Shown here: positions 1 through 11,770 of the stretch, piece by piece | How the letters are laid out: every line of letters starts with the position of its first letter | How positions within the stretch are numbered: position 1 is the stretch's first letter | NCBI RefSeq assembly: GCF_001194135.2 | Contig: NC_068984.1 | Span: 99,350,994-99,394,217 of the forward strand | Length of the DNA stretch: 43,224 nucleotides | From: Octopus bimaculoides | Taxonomy: Eukaryota | Direction: 5' to 3' | Program-made: the position numbers and the translations under genes | Notes under the pieces: generated by a model | What the model saw: the letters and a program-made list of their open reading frames with translations, nothing else | What the model was told of the DNA's origin: nothing | Databases searched by the model: none

Positions 1-647
1 GAAGTGGGGGATGAGAGAAAGTTAAATGTTGTAGTCGAGGGAAGGAAACCAAATTGCTACATATGCGGGGAAAGAGGTCATATGAAGACCAAATGCCCCC
101 TACATGAGTTCACACAGCCACAGCAAGAGAAAGCACAAGCAGAGGAGGAAAACATTGTAGACCACACTGAGGAAATAAAAGAGAGACAGAAGTGGGAAAC
201 AGAGAAAACAAAGGAGAACGAAAATGGAGCTACTAACCCTAAAAAGCGAAAGAAAAATAAGTCAAAGGAACGGTCAACAGAAAACAAAAAAGAGATAGAA
301 AAGCCAGAAACTAATAATGTACAAGAAAAGGAGGTGAGAGCGGATAAAAATGTTAAATACAAGGGGATTTTGATAAAGTACGAGAAGAGCGAGCAGATGG
401 AGAGAAAAATCGTGAAGTTGGGGGAAATAATAAGAGGATGCCTGAGAAATGCATTTTGATACATGAGGAAAACTACTGGGGGTACATAAAAGAACTTGGT
501 GAAAATATAACAACGACACGGGTATGGTTGGTGGAGACACCACCCCCTAGAACTGATTATTTGCAGTTGATAAGGACACAAGTAACAGTGGTTAATGGGA
601 GAAAGGTAACACGAGTGTTTCAATTTTTTGAGTTGCAAAACAATTAA
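1..647 (+). pseudogene. Retroelement ORF1/gag-like relic with CCHC zinc knuckle (5' end outside window, one frameshift near 420-455)
   Basis: Translation gives CYICGERGHMKTKC (CX2CX4HX4C) at 55-96, preceded by LNVVVEGRKP, then a K/E-rich coil with PKKRKKNK. A protein-like continuation in another frame (CILIHEENYWGYIKEL...VFQFFELQNN*) ends at 647. No RT follows. Confidence 0.7.
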
Positions 648-890
648 AATGTTTTCATGGTGTTTAACGTGAAAGTGAAAAACTGGATAAATGTAACCAC
701 CCGACTTCGGGGGTCGAGTGGACATTGCGCCTCATTTTTCATTCTCGCATATTGTCATTTTATTTTAATTTTTCTTCTATTATCATTCGCTTTTGTAATT
801 TTTAGTTCCCCGATTGTATGTTTGTTGCGTTTTGTACCGTCTTTATGTTTTGTGGTGTCTTAAAAATTCTTTGTATAGACCTCCGTTTTT

Positions 891-1031
891 AGTTCAAATT
901 CCACCGAGGTTGACTTTGCTTTTCATCCTTTCGGGGTCGATAAAATAAGTACCAATGGTGTACTGAGGTCGGTCTAATCGACTGGCCCCATCCCCCAAAA
1001 TTTCGGGCCTTATGCCTAGAGTAGAAAAGAA
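891..1031 (+). mobile_element. tRNA-derived SINE family A, 5'-truncated copy
   Basis: B-box GTTCAAATTCC followed by GAGGTTGACTTTGCTTTTCATCCTTTCGGGGTCGATAAAATAAGTACC, a core seen in more than 12 other copies in the window. From memory it resembles the MetaSINE central domain; this needs checking. Confidence 0.8.
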
Positions 1032-2824
1032 TATATTGTTTCTGTTTGTTTAATAAAAGTTATCACGTAGAAAATGCCAGCTTCCAACTCCTGTTTTCTG
1101 ATTTAACTAAAAATAATCAAACTTTTAAACATTTTTCCATTTTTTTTTCTGGAACAAATGAATAACAACATTCAGCGCGAAAAATTACATCAATATACCA
1201 AATTCTAAAATTTATATTTACTTTTAAAATTTCAAAAAATGAAAATCAAGTAGAAAATATCTGGACGAACTATAATTGCATATTCACTAAACGGTGTCCA
1301 TACACTGCGGACTTAGTGCAGCAAGGAAATTCACTTAATGCTAAGACTCAATCTTCTCGCCGGGATAGTCCTTCTCCCGCTGTTAGCAATATTTATGCCT
1401 CAATGAATAATAACCAAACCAATAATGGATTGTTGTCAACCTTGTTGTGTACGTACTTTAACAAAGTTACACCAGCAACCCTCCTCACCAAGCAAGCCGG
1501 ATGGGAATCGATTTAGTCGGCGACGACACGGTCACGCAGTAGGTTATATTACATTACATTTTACTTGTAATACCCGTGAACGATGTGATGTGTTTTACAA
1601 CGTATTTCACTATTAGTTTTAAGAACGGTGTGTGGGGTGAGCGTTGAGAGTTGGCCTCCTTAGTCTCTTTGGTCCCCAAGTAAATGTATGTAGTCGACAT
1701 TCCATCCCTCTTCGACGAAGAATTTTACTGAAACATTAAATTTCTTTTCTGCCTTATGGTATAAATCATATCCCTTTATTTCAGATACTTAGATTATTCG
1801 GGTTTTATTGGGTGTTCAGAACGGTGGATGGTGGGGCACAATGAGTAACAGTTACTGTATTTTTGACTTTCAGGAAAAAAAAAACAAAAAGAACTTACAA
1901 ATGTTCGCTACCGTACAACAACTACCAGCTAAGCAAATGGCATTCTCTAAATGCATTAACCCATAAACTGCGATAGGCCACCTCAGTGGAGAAACCACGG
2001 AAATAGGGCATGGTCTGACCTAATTTTGATGACGTATAATGTATGCACACGATACCCTTTCACCCCAGAAACAGTGTAGTCAATCACAGAAGGTGTTAAG
2101 AAACACTGAGTATTTTTTCGAGTGATAGATCGATGTTGATTGGCAGTATAACTTTGGAAAAGTTCGCCGAACTAATGCACTCGAAGCAGTACTTTACCCA
2201 AAATAGACTCAGCAGTTCGTGTTACATACAGCAAAATCCCAGCAGTTTATGGGTTAAAGACACTATAACATGTTCAGAACACTATTTCAGAAATTTATCT
2301 CCGTTCTGTTTGACAAATTTAGATGGGGCAAAATGAGTAAGATATGATAAGGTAAGTTTGCCTCTTAAGTTTTCCAGAATTACATTTGAAAAACAAGACT
2401 CATATACATCACTATCCATCCTTAGACATAAGAAAGATCAGAAATGCAACAAAAAGTTTTTAATTCCTGGGTCAAATTGAAAGAGGTTAATGGAAAAAGG
2501 ACATATAATATGAAATTAAAAAAACTCGACTAAATCTAAAAACACAGGATAAAATATTATCTATAACCTTTTCACGACCTACATCATGCAGTTAAATTGA
2601 AAGAAATTATTAAAATTCGTCATTACTCGCGTTATCCCATTTTAGACACCATTCTTTGAAAATTAAATATTAATAAATTAGACGTTAGTGTTGGAAAAAT
2701 CGACTTGTGATCCAGAGAATAGAATACTAATTGTTAAACACCAAAAATTGTCCAGGTATTTTATTAGCAACCTCAATTACAATCAGGTTCAAAATTAAGG
2801 AAAGCCGTTTCGACGGAGTTTCAC

Positions 2825-3210
2825 ATCAGGATGCCCACATAAATTGGATTTTCTTTGTTTTGACGAGGTTTTTTTTTCCAATTTTCTTTTCACTACGGCC
2901 TTCAAAGTGTTGGGGTGCATCTTTTCATGAAAACAATTTTTTGAAAATTTATGATTTTCGTTTTTCACTTCAACCCCCTCGCCACCCACCTCCAGACCGA
3001 TAGTTTTTAAGTGTGTTGTGAACAAAAAAAAAAAATTGGCCAAAATCGGTCCGGAAAGTAGTGGTAGAGGGGTGTAAAAAAATCATAAATTTTCAAATCA
3101 TTTTTTCATAAAAAGATGCCCTCATCATTTCGAAGACCATGGTGGAAAAAAAAATAAATAAAAATCCCCCGTCAAAACGGAGAAAAGCCAACTTATGTGG
3201 GTGTCCTGAT
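2825..3210. mobile_element. Fold-back / MITE-like element made of long imperfect inverted arms
   Basis: Arm 2825-3001 (ATCAGGATGCCCACATAAATTGG...TTTGAAAATTTATGATTTT...CCAGACCGAT) is the diverged reverse complement of 3045-3210 (ATCGGTCCGG...AAAATCATAAATTTTCAAA...CCAACTTATGTGGGTGTCCTGAT). Confidence 0.75.
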
Positions 3211-3463
3211 CCGGAAATTCGGCCAAGCTTTTTGGAAAAATAAAAAAGTGAATGAACTACCTATCACCTAGCTACGTTTCAAACTCTTTCAACTTCCACG
3301 ACAACTATGCTGGCCAATTTTTACTGCCAAAGATGATGCAATATCTGAAATGGTTTCAAGCAGGTAGGAAGAAAATGACTAGAAATCAGAAACTTGTCAT
3401 TTGCTCGCCTCCCGCCGACAGTCTGGGTAATCTGGTATTTTATTCATGTATTGTCTTATAGCG

Positions 3464-3580
3464 TTTACTTGTTTCAGCCACTGAACTGCGACCATGCTGA
3501 AGCATCGTTTTGTACTTATTCTATTGTCTCTTTTTGCCGAGCCCTCTAAGTTATGGAGATGTAAACAAACCAACACTTTT

Positions 3581-3651
<71 letters not shown>

Positions 3652-3780
3652 CAATGGCTTCTTTCAGTTTCCGTCTACCAAATCCACTCACAAGACTTTG
3701 GTCGGTTCATGGCTATGGTAGAAGACACTTGCTAACTGTATCACGCAGAAGTACTGAACCCGGAACCGTGCGGTTGCACA
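3464..3780 (-). mobile_element. tRNA-derived SINE family B (CORE-like segment, internal microsatellite)
   Basis: CTTCTTTCAGTTTCCGTCTACCAAATCCACTCACAAG...GAAGACACTTG...ACTGAACCCGGAACC plus the 3' part TTACTTGTTTCAG...CATGCTG. The same motifs recur at 17.1, 21.3, 23.9, 32.2 and 38.5 kb. Confidence 0.8.
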
Positions 3781-4774
3781 TGAAATGTATGATTATTTTC
3801 AAATGTTTAATTCTGTAAAGCATTTGTCATGTATACTCGTATTCTTAATCCGTTATTTATTTATAGAGTTCATTTGTTGTGATAGATATCATCTCAATTG
3901 CTAACTCATGGTGATGTGTTGTACGAAGCAAGTATGTTTAGCTTTAAATCAGCTCTAATCCAGAACTCGTTGGTTGACCAACGAGGCGTGATTGACCATT
4001 CCATTATCCTAATTTCCCAATTATGTCATATCTCCACCTAAATAAGGACGGAACTATATGCCACTCTGACATGCAGTCATGAATTATATAGCGCAATGTT
4101 TCCCAACCTATTTACCTGCAGGCCCCACTATAACTTTCCAGAATAATGTATACTCGTCTGGAGGTTGGAAAAAAAAACAACTTTATTTTTAATATTTCAT
4201 AATTATATACTTTCCCTAAAGAAATATCCACACTAGGGCATTAGAATAACGCTATACTGTAGCAAAGAGTCTTCACACAGTAAGCTTGGCTGGAGGGATT
4301 GGTTTGGCTAGATTGAATATAAGAGTCTGCTTGCGTTGAAAAGGAAAGATTCTCACAATTCCACAAACAAAACAAAGACAAAAGAAAAAAAATTGTATCC
4401 CTCGCTCCACCACAATTTTCCTAGGTCCCGCTGGTGGGACGTATGCCTCACATGGGGAATCACTGATATAAAATGTAAGTGACAGTTTGCACAGTTCGCT
4501 CTGTTTCTCCTGTTCAGTCTCTTTCTTGTGTTTACAGTCAAGACTCACAAGCTGAACAAAATGAGCGATTGCTGCTGTTTCTCTGTACTAGTTTCAAAAT
4601 TTTTTTAAGCGACTGAGTCAGTATTATTAACGGGGGGGGGGGGTAATGTATACCATGGTAAAAGAGATGAGCTGGCAGAGTCGTTACCGTGCCGGTAGAG
4701 GCTAACTAGACATCCTTATGTACAAAGGCAACAAACACAGGTTGTAGACTCGGATGTTGACTATGGAGTGCTTT

Positions 4775-5220
4775 CCAAGAAAGACAACGCACAACTATAA
4801 CTGCATTATCGTTCATTTGGAAGATCAACCGCGCAAGCAGGATAATGCGTTCAGTTGTCTTGAAGAGACGAACACCTCAGGCAGAAAACATCATAGACGA
4901 CGAACAAGCAGGCTCTATAACGGTAGGAGCACTATTGTACAGTCTTCAACTTCCTTTTCCTTTGTTACAAATATCTTCAACACCAAAGGGGATTCTAAAA
5001 TCTCTTCTAGTTTTCAGGAACCTGTTTGACATCATGCCTTATGGGCCACAATGAACAAAGTTAACATGAGACAGAAGGAAACTCATTATAGCTAACACAT
5101 TTACGTCAAGGCAATACCGTCCAGTATTTGTACAAAGTACTGTCGAAGTGACAATCATATCACCACAGGTGTTCCTCTGTGTGTTTCTAGACAGAAAATG
5201 AATGATGTTCATGAAGACCA
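4775..5220 (+). pseudogene. Decayed RTE-like LINE reverse transcriptase fragment
   Basis: Frame-switching translation gives VVLKRRTPQAENIIDDEQAG / GRSTIVQ and ...ALWATMNKVN..., matching the RTE-type RT domain 0-2 pattern (QAENII.EEQAGFR.GRST..QIF; HAALWATM). Many stops and frameshifts. Confidence 0.7.
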
Positions 5221-5225
5221 CAAAT

Positions 5226-5226
<1 letters not shown>

Positions 5227-5301
<75 letters not shown>
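5227..5301. repeat. (TA)n microsatellite, representative of many TA/CA/CT/ATT tracts in the window
   Basis: Direct reading. Large compound TA/CA/CT fields also lie at about 7430-8250, 22500-22920, 27660-28290 and 40850-41100. Confidence 0.98.
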
Positions 5302-5304
<3 letters not shown>

Positions 5305-5307
5305 TAT

Positions 5308-5880
5308 ATAAAACTTAGGTTTGTTTCGACCAAAGATTAGTCCAGGCCATGTCTAACTTTATAGCACCACCTGATAGGATTATCCAAATCCTTTTTACAG
5401 TCAAGTTTGGACTATGGTCCATTCAAGTAGTGAGTTCTTATTGAGTGAGTTGTATCCAGGTATGGGTGGCTTGTCTGGTATTCTTTGAAGAAAGCTGTCT
5501 AGGCTCCGTTTAAAGCTGATAGGATCCTTTTCCTCTTTTATCTATTTTGGGACAATGTAAAACAGGGCAGGGCCTGTTGAGGAAAAGAAATTATGCCGCA
5601 TTGTACCTATATGTTGTGATCTTGAATTGGGCAGGGAACGTATGGCTCGTGGTCTCAGCCTTGGATGAACCTTGAATCTAATATTGACCTTATTGTTGAT
5701 GTGGGCACTCCAATTGAGATTGTTGTCAACAATTACACCCAGATCTCTGATATTGTTGGATGCCGTAAGCGGTCCCCCTGAAGGAAGGGAATATGACTGT
5801 TTTAGTGTAGACTTTCTTCCAAAATGCATCAGCTCAAATTTTTCCCTCGTTCAGTTTCATTTTGTTTTTATCTGACCATT
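5308..5880 (-). pseudogene. CR1/L2-like LINE 3' end (RT C-terminus and 3' UTR), internally deleted
   Basis: Minus strand reads WSDKNKMKLNEGK/FELMHFG...NIRDLGVIVDNNLNWSAHINNKV, then SSTGPALFYIVPK*...SFKRSLDSFLQRIPDKPPIPGY. RDLGV.VD..L.W..HI is the CR1/L2/Jockey-group RT thumb motif. Confidence 0.75.
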
Positions 5881-6061
5881 GACTCACAGCATATGAAGTT
5901 CAAAAGATATTCGTTTATTCCTTTCTCACTTCATTTTCTTATTACCGCTCTGTACCCGACTAGCGCTTCGTTCAAGAGCATACGTATATTGAGTTCTACC
6001 AGGTCATTTGTATCGCAAGCCAACATTTGTGTGTGTGTATAAAACTAAATATTTATGCATA

Positions 6062-6305
6062 GAGGCACACACTAGTGGTTTGGGTGTTGTACTCTTGATC
6101 GTCAGATTGTGGTTTCCATTACTGGACCGGGTGATGCGTTGTGTTCTTGAGCAAAATTCTTTATTGCGCGTTGCTCTAGACCATTCAACTGGCAAAAGTG
6201 TAATCCTACGATGACCCGATTTCACGTCCAAAGAAAGGGGATTTATGCGCTACAGAACTCAGGACACCGACCTCATGACCCTATGGCTCGGAAGGACCTT
6301 TGCTT
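6062..6305 (+). mobile_element. tRNA-derived SINE family D
   Basis: tRNA-like head followed by GCGTTGTGTTCTTGAGCAA. A reverse-orientation relative lies at 22318-22495. Confidence 0.6.
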
Positions 6306-6451
6306 TTCTTGAACGTGGTCGTGTATCTTACAAAAACGCAAGGAAAATCTATAGTTAAAACCTCTTCATTATGGAATATAAAAGAGATGTAAATAAATTG
6401 TTATTCTCTTCGTATACAGAAATCTATCTATCTATCTATCTATCATATATA

Positions 6452-6514
<63 letters not shown>

Positions 6515-6972
6515 GAGTGTTGTAACACGTTGTAGGATTCATTGTTTCCTCATCGGAAGATAAGTGCCTCATTCTTCTTGTCGATAATAACAGATGGTTG
6601 CTCGAACTTCTGAAGATAACAGCCAAACTTGCATCATCGTTGAGTGACGACGGATCTTCTGTTATCACTCGATCAGTCAAAAATAGCAGCTTGCAATCCT
6701 TAGTACACTAAAGCCGAAATTGTCATGTTTGGACAGCTTTTCATCATAGGACTGTTTATTTATGGTTGAGCCAGAGCTAAATAACAATGACGTGGTCGCT
6801 TGACATGCTAGAAACCACAGCTGCATCTCTTTAAAATCACACCCTCCAGTTTTAAAAAGTTGAAAACAAGTTTGAAGACCATGGGTTGGTCATGCCTGTA
6901 ACGCCTTTTGATCATACATCTGATTTTGGGCTAAACAGCAACACCAACAAACAAATGAAAGGCCTTCCATGT

Positions 6973-7120
6973 CAGTCCTGGACAAATTGCGGCCCGTGAG
7001 ACTTTCTGAAGACATGCCGAAGAAAAAACTCCCTTGAATTTTTTTTTTAGTTGTGCAACCCGACTAATGAAAAGTTATGTCTCATGCGACCCGTTTCTCG
7101 AAATAGGTTGCTCATGCCTG
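6973..7120. mobile_element. hAT-like MITE (degenerate)
   Basis: Right TIR AGGTTGCTCATGCCTG; left CAGTCCTGGACAAA followed by the typical hAT subterminal GCGGCCCG. The 8-bp TSD is only partly matched. Confidence 0.5.
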
Positions 7121-7511
7121 CTCTGTGTAATTGTTCGACGTGCTAGTAACAACAGCTAAATCACACCCTGCTGTCTAAAGAACATGCATCGGATAACGTG
7201 GTCCTGTGCGCACGCGCGTGTGTGAGTGTGTGTATGAAGACTGGATGGTCATGAATGGATTCTCTTTGACGAAAGGTTAACTCGTATAGAGTTGATTGGG
7301 GTTAAACAACGGTAACCGCAATAAAACCACTAATGCCACCACAACTATTACTAAACCACTACACTACCAGAAGACCACTACCACCATCACAACAATTAGA
7401 GTAGTCAAGAGGATTTTTTTTTCTACCTGGATATGTATGTGTGTATATGTGTGTATGTATGCATATATATGTACGTATGTGTGTATATTTATGTATATGT
7501 GCATGTGTATT

Positions 7512-7553
<42 letters not shown>

Positions 7554-7705
7554 TACATTCATACATACATACACATATATACGTACACACACACATTTAA
7601 TATACATAAAATGTTTTCCTTTAACCTGTATCTTAGCACACGTACCACTACATACACATTCATACATGTACACATATGTGTGTGTATATTTGTATCTCTC
7701 TACCT

Positions 7706-7739
<34 letters not shown>

Positions 7740-7840
7740 ATATATATATAATATAATATAAATAATATATAGATATATGCATATATCCATACATAAATGT
7801 ATATACCTACATTTATATGTATACATACATGCATATATGG

Positions 7841-7881
<41 letters not shown>

Positions 7882-8933
7882 NNNNNNNNNNNNNNNNNNN
7901 NNNNNNNNNNNNNNNNNNNNNNNNNNNNNNNNNNNNNNNNNNNNNNNNNNNNNNNNNNNNNNNNNNNNNNNNNNNNNNNNNCGCGTACATGATATTGATA
8001 TATAAACATATGCAAATATACAAATATACATACATGTGATATCAACGTGTACACATAAACATGTGTTAACACACATATACATGATAGTGATATATATACT
8101 CACACATACATCATACCAATATATATGTAAATGCATACGTGCATGATACACAAACACACATACATATACATATACACATATACATATACATACATGCACA
8201 CGCATATATGCATCCACATTGATACCAATAGACATACATATTATATACATATATCACTATTCCAATGCTAGTATTTAGTGTAACTAAATTTCCTCTCTTC
8301 GTTCTCTTTTTCTGCTTTTTTTTTATCGTCTTTTCTTCCACTTTCTGTTCCTTCTCCCCCGCCATCATCCCCATCATCGTCATCATTATTATCACAACCG
8401 CCGCCACTGTCGTCGTCATAGTGGCCGCTATTTATCATCTGTGTGATTACGCTTGGAAATGTTTTACCGCTTGGTGCTCAAGGAACCCTTAGGATTTTAC
8501 CACGCTGTCGTCTGCATATGTATATAGATAAACTGACCCTCACACATACGTACACGCATACAAACACACACACACACACATACATACACACATACTTACA
8601 AACACATACATACATGTAAACAAACACATATTCACACATTTAGGAAATCACACACACGCAAACACATGTATGTATATATATTACAGTATATAAAAAATAT
8701 AGTGTAATATATAAAACGTATTTAGATAACACACATACACAACACTACATGCATACATATATATCCACTACATAAAGACATTCAAACTAGAAGAGGGTAT
8801 TTCTACATTCAACGTACAACGATTGTTGTTGCTGTTTTTTCTTCTCTCTATCTTCCCCCCTCTCTTTGTTTGTGTATCTTTCTCTCTTTCTCCTCTCTTC
8901 CTCACCGTCTTCCCCCCTCCGGTTTGTTAACAG

Positions 8934-9145
8934 AAACGAACGGTTGCGACCAAGTGGATCGTTGTTTCTAGGGATGACATGCATGGTAATGTTAATAAAT
9001 CCAGTTTATCCTCCACTGGTCTAGCACCAGTGCCGGTGCCAGCCACTGCCATAATTACCAAGAGCTCCCATCACAATCCTTTAAACTCACAGCGCCGACT
9101 CATCAAAACTATGGTGTCCGGATGGGTAGCCTCCATGGACAAACG
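8934..9145 (+). CDS. Candidate isolated exon of an unidentified gene (possible ATG at 8979 or 9111)
   Basis: Long pyrimidine tract then AACAG| at 8933 and donor ACG|GTAAGA at 9146. One frame is open throughout: KRTVATKWIVVSRDDMHGNVNKSSLSSTGLAPVPVPATAIITKSSHHNPLNSQRRLIKTMVSGWVASMDKR. Non-repetitive, with raised GC. No homolog recognised. Confidence 0.45.
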
Positions 9146-9269
9146 GTAAGACCAAAACATTTATTCCACTTTTTTATCACCTACCACGTCCATCTCTTTC
9201 TCTCACCAATATTCTATCTCCCCCCTCTCTTTCTGTTATTGTTCGTATCTGTTTCTATACCTTCTTTTT

Positions 9270-9323
<54 letters not shown>

Positions 9324-9595
9324 TGTGTTTGTATGTGCGATTACATGCTCCACACACACATATATATACTTTCACACACATACATATACATGTATATTTA
9401 CATATTCGGATTCATTCATGCATATCTAAATCGTTCATACATAGATGCACATACCTATTCTGTGCGCAAGCATGTAGTATACGTGTGTAGATACATACAC
9501 ACTGACATCACACACAGTGTGCTCCAGCATGGCTTTTGATGTTATGTCTAGACAAAATAAAAGGAAAAACATTTGTATGTCAATACACACACACA

Positions 9596-9633
<38 letters not shown>

Positions 9634-9918
9634 ACGTCGTGATATGAATGATCCGTGCACACCCACGCATCATGCACATATGTGATACATGCATGCATGC
9701 ACATACACCACACACACACACATGCACATACACATAATCTGTGAGAGCATGTATACATATCTATCTATCTATCTATCTATCTATCAAGTCTGTGAGAGCA
9801 TGTGTGTGTGTGCGCGTAATCTGTGTGAGCATTTATACATAGCTGTCTACACACGCAAACACACACATACTTAACCATAAAGTGTTTATACGACTTTCTC
9901 TATTTCATCTCTTTATCC

Positions 9919-9950
<32 letters not shown>

Positions 9951-11603
9951 CTCTTCCCCTCTCTCTGCAAGTGCGTATACACCTACACACATGCGCGCGC
10001 GCGCTGAAAGTTTCGTTACCTTTTACAATTTTAATTCCATATTCTTCATATCATAGATCTCTTTTTCTAATATTTTTTTTTGTCCCTGAAAGAACAGCGA
10101 AACTGGCAGAGGCGATAGAGCAACAGATTAGATGCTTCTATTGATTATTCTGTCCTTTACGTTGTGAGTTCAAATCACGCAGCTCTCGTCTACTTAGAAG
10201 AACATAAACTGATGTGGACGTGTAGTTGTATATGTGTGTCTGACGCACATGCTCTGTTCATTGTAACACACCCACACAGTTAGCTGGAACTGTCTCCCAG
10301 GAATTCAATACATAGTTCTCTTACCAACATATATTTGCACAATTTATTGTCTTGTGTGACACTTTAATAATTATCTATTTTATCGACGATTAAATCAAAT
10401 GTTTGTTTATATATATATATATATACATATATGAAAAAAAAATATTTATGGTATACTCAGCGTTAACATGTTTGTTTGAATCGATTGTTGCTGTTCTCTG
10501 TGGTATTGTTTATACGTGTGTGTATTTGAATGTGAGAGTGTATACATGTGTGGTGCACAGTACACACACACACACACACACACAGTTGTTAATTCCTTTG
10601 TTTTATGTAGATATCTTAGTTATGAGTATACGAAAGTACACACACATACTTGTGAGTGTGCATTTATATGTATGTACTGACAGACGCACACATACTCGCT
10701 TACTCGCACGCATAGAATTACATGCTGTCCATTTGAAAAGAGAAAAACAAAAACAAAAATTTTGAATCTTCTTTTCACATTTCATAATAGGACTTTATTA
10801 TGAATTGTGAAAAAGTTTCGTCGCACTACGGTGGCCTGGTCATTGACACAGTTTCACAGCATCTTTTGTGGAATGCTGCAAAATTGTGTCTCATTTCGTC
10901 CACCACCACCACCGTCAGTCGTCACGCCGCATCTCACCTTTACGCTCTTTCTCTACCTATTGTGTTCAAAGCAGTATTTAATTAATCAGAATACACGCTC
11001 ACGCACGCATGCACATCTACTCCTCCACACACCCATCCACTCATCACATGTTTACTCTATTTCTTTAGATTTAATCGCCGTGTTTAGAGCAGTGTTTTGT
11101 CAAACGGAATCCACCCGTTTATTAATCACATGTTGACACGATTTCCCTACATCTACCCCCACTACATGTTGCTGTACTTGTCGTCGTAACATGCCATTGT
11201 CATGTTTGATAAATTTTCAGTATTTCCTTTTGCTTTTTATAAACCACATGTTACTTCTGACCGCGCAGATTCAGTTATCATCAAAAGCATTCCAACCGTA
11301 GCCACTCCGTTTTTTTTTTGTTTTTTTTCCGATGCGCAAAGAATCCACAACTGCATATCCAATGTGACATTTTCTACAGTTTTTGAGATGGAGATTTGAC
11401 TGCTATTTCTACCAAGCTGTGCATGTTATTGTTGTTATTTAACCCCAGGTCTGCCCTTTTCCGGTAGTCTTTCGATCAAAGAGTTTCTAGCTCCCACAGC
11501 ATGAGAGTTGGCTGTTATTTCTAGCAAGCCAAACAATTATATAGAGACTCCCTGATTGGCTGGTCATTTTGGGGTGGGGTTTAAATCTGTGATGCTTAGC
11601 TTA

Positions 11604-11617
11604 GTTACCATGACAAC
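11604..11617. promoter_or_regulatory. RFX X-box-like motif
   Basis: GTTACCATGACAAC fits GTHNYYATRRNAAC. It is a single motif, so a chance match is possible. Confidence 0.25.
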
Positions 11618-11727
11618 AGTGCGAATCATTTAGCAATGTCGTTTACCTGTGGTGTTTAGCTCACCTGCGACGCTTAGGTTTGAGAACATGTGCTCCAGCT
11701 GTCTGCTACTGTCTGTCTGTCTGTGTG

Positions 11728-11770
<43 letters not shown>

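Noticed and set aside
1820-2655. Possible pogo/Tc1-like DNA transposon relic (TGGGGCACAATGAGTAA-type motifs at about 1832 and 2323, inverted-like motif near 2625)
   Set aside because: No decodable transposase and no clear TIR pair or TSD.
6432-6680. Minus-strand ORF MTDRVITEDPSS...
   Set aside because: It runs into (TA)n, lacks good splice sites, and has no recognisable motif.
7296-8250. Many long ORFs (YIYI/VCVC/THTH), including those spanning N-gaps here and at 13.6-14.2, 22.4-23.0 and 28.0-29.2 kb
   Set aside because: These are translations of dinucleotide microsatellites and Ns. The gaps are 7882-7981, 13761-13908, 18975-18984, 22605-22846, 28287-28928 and 32178-32187.
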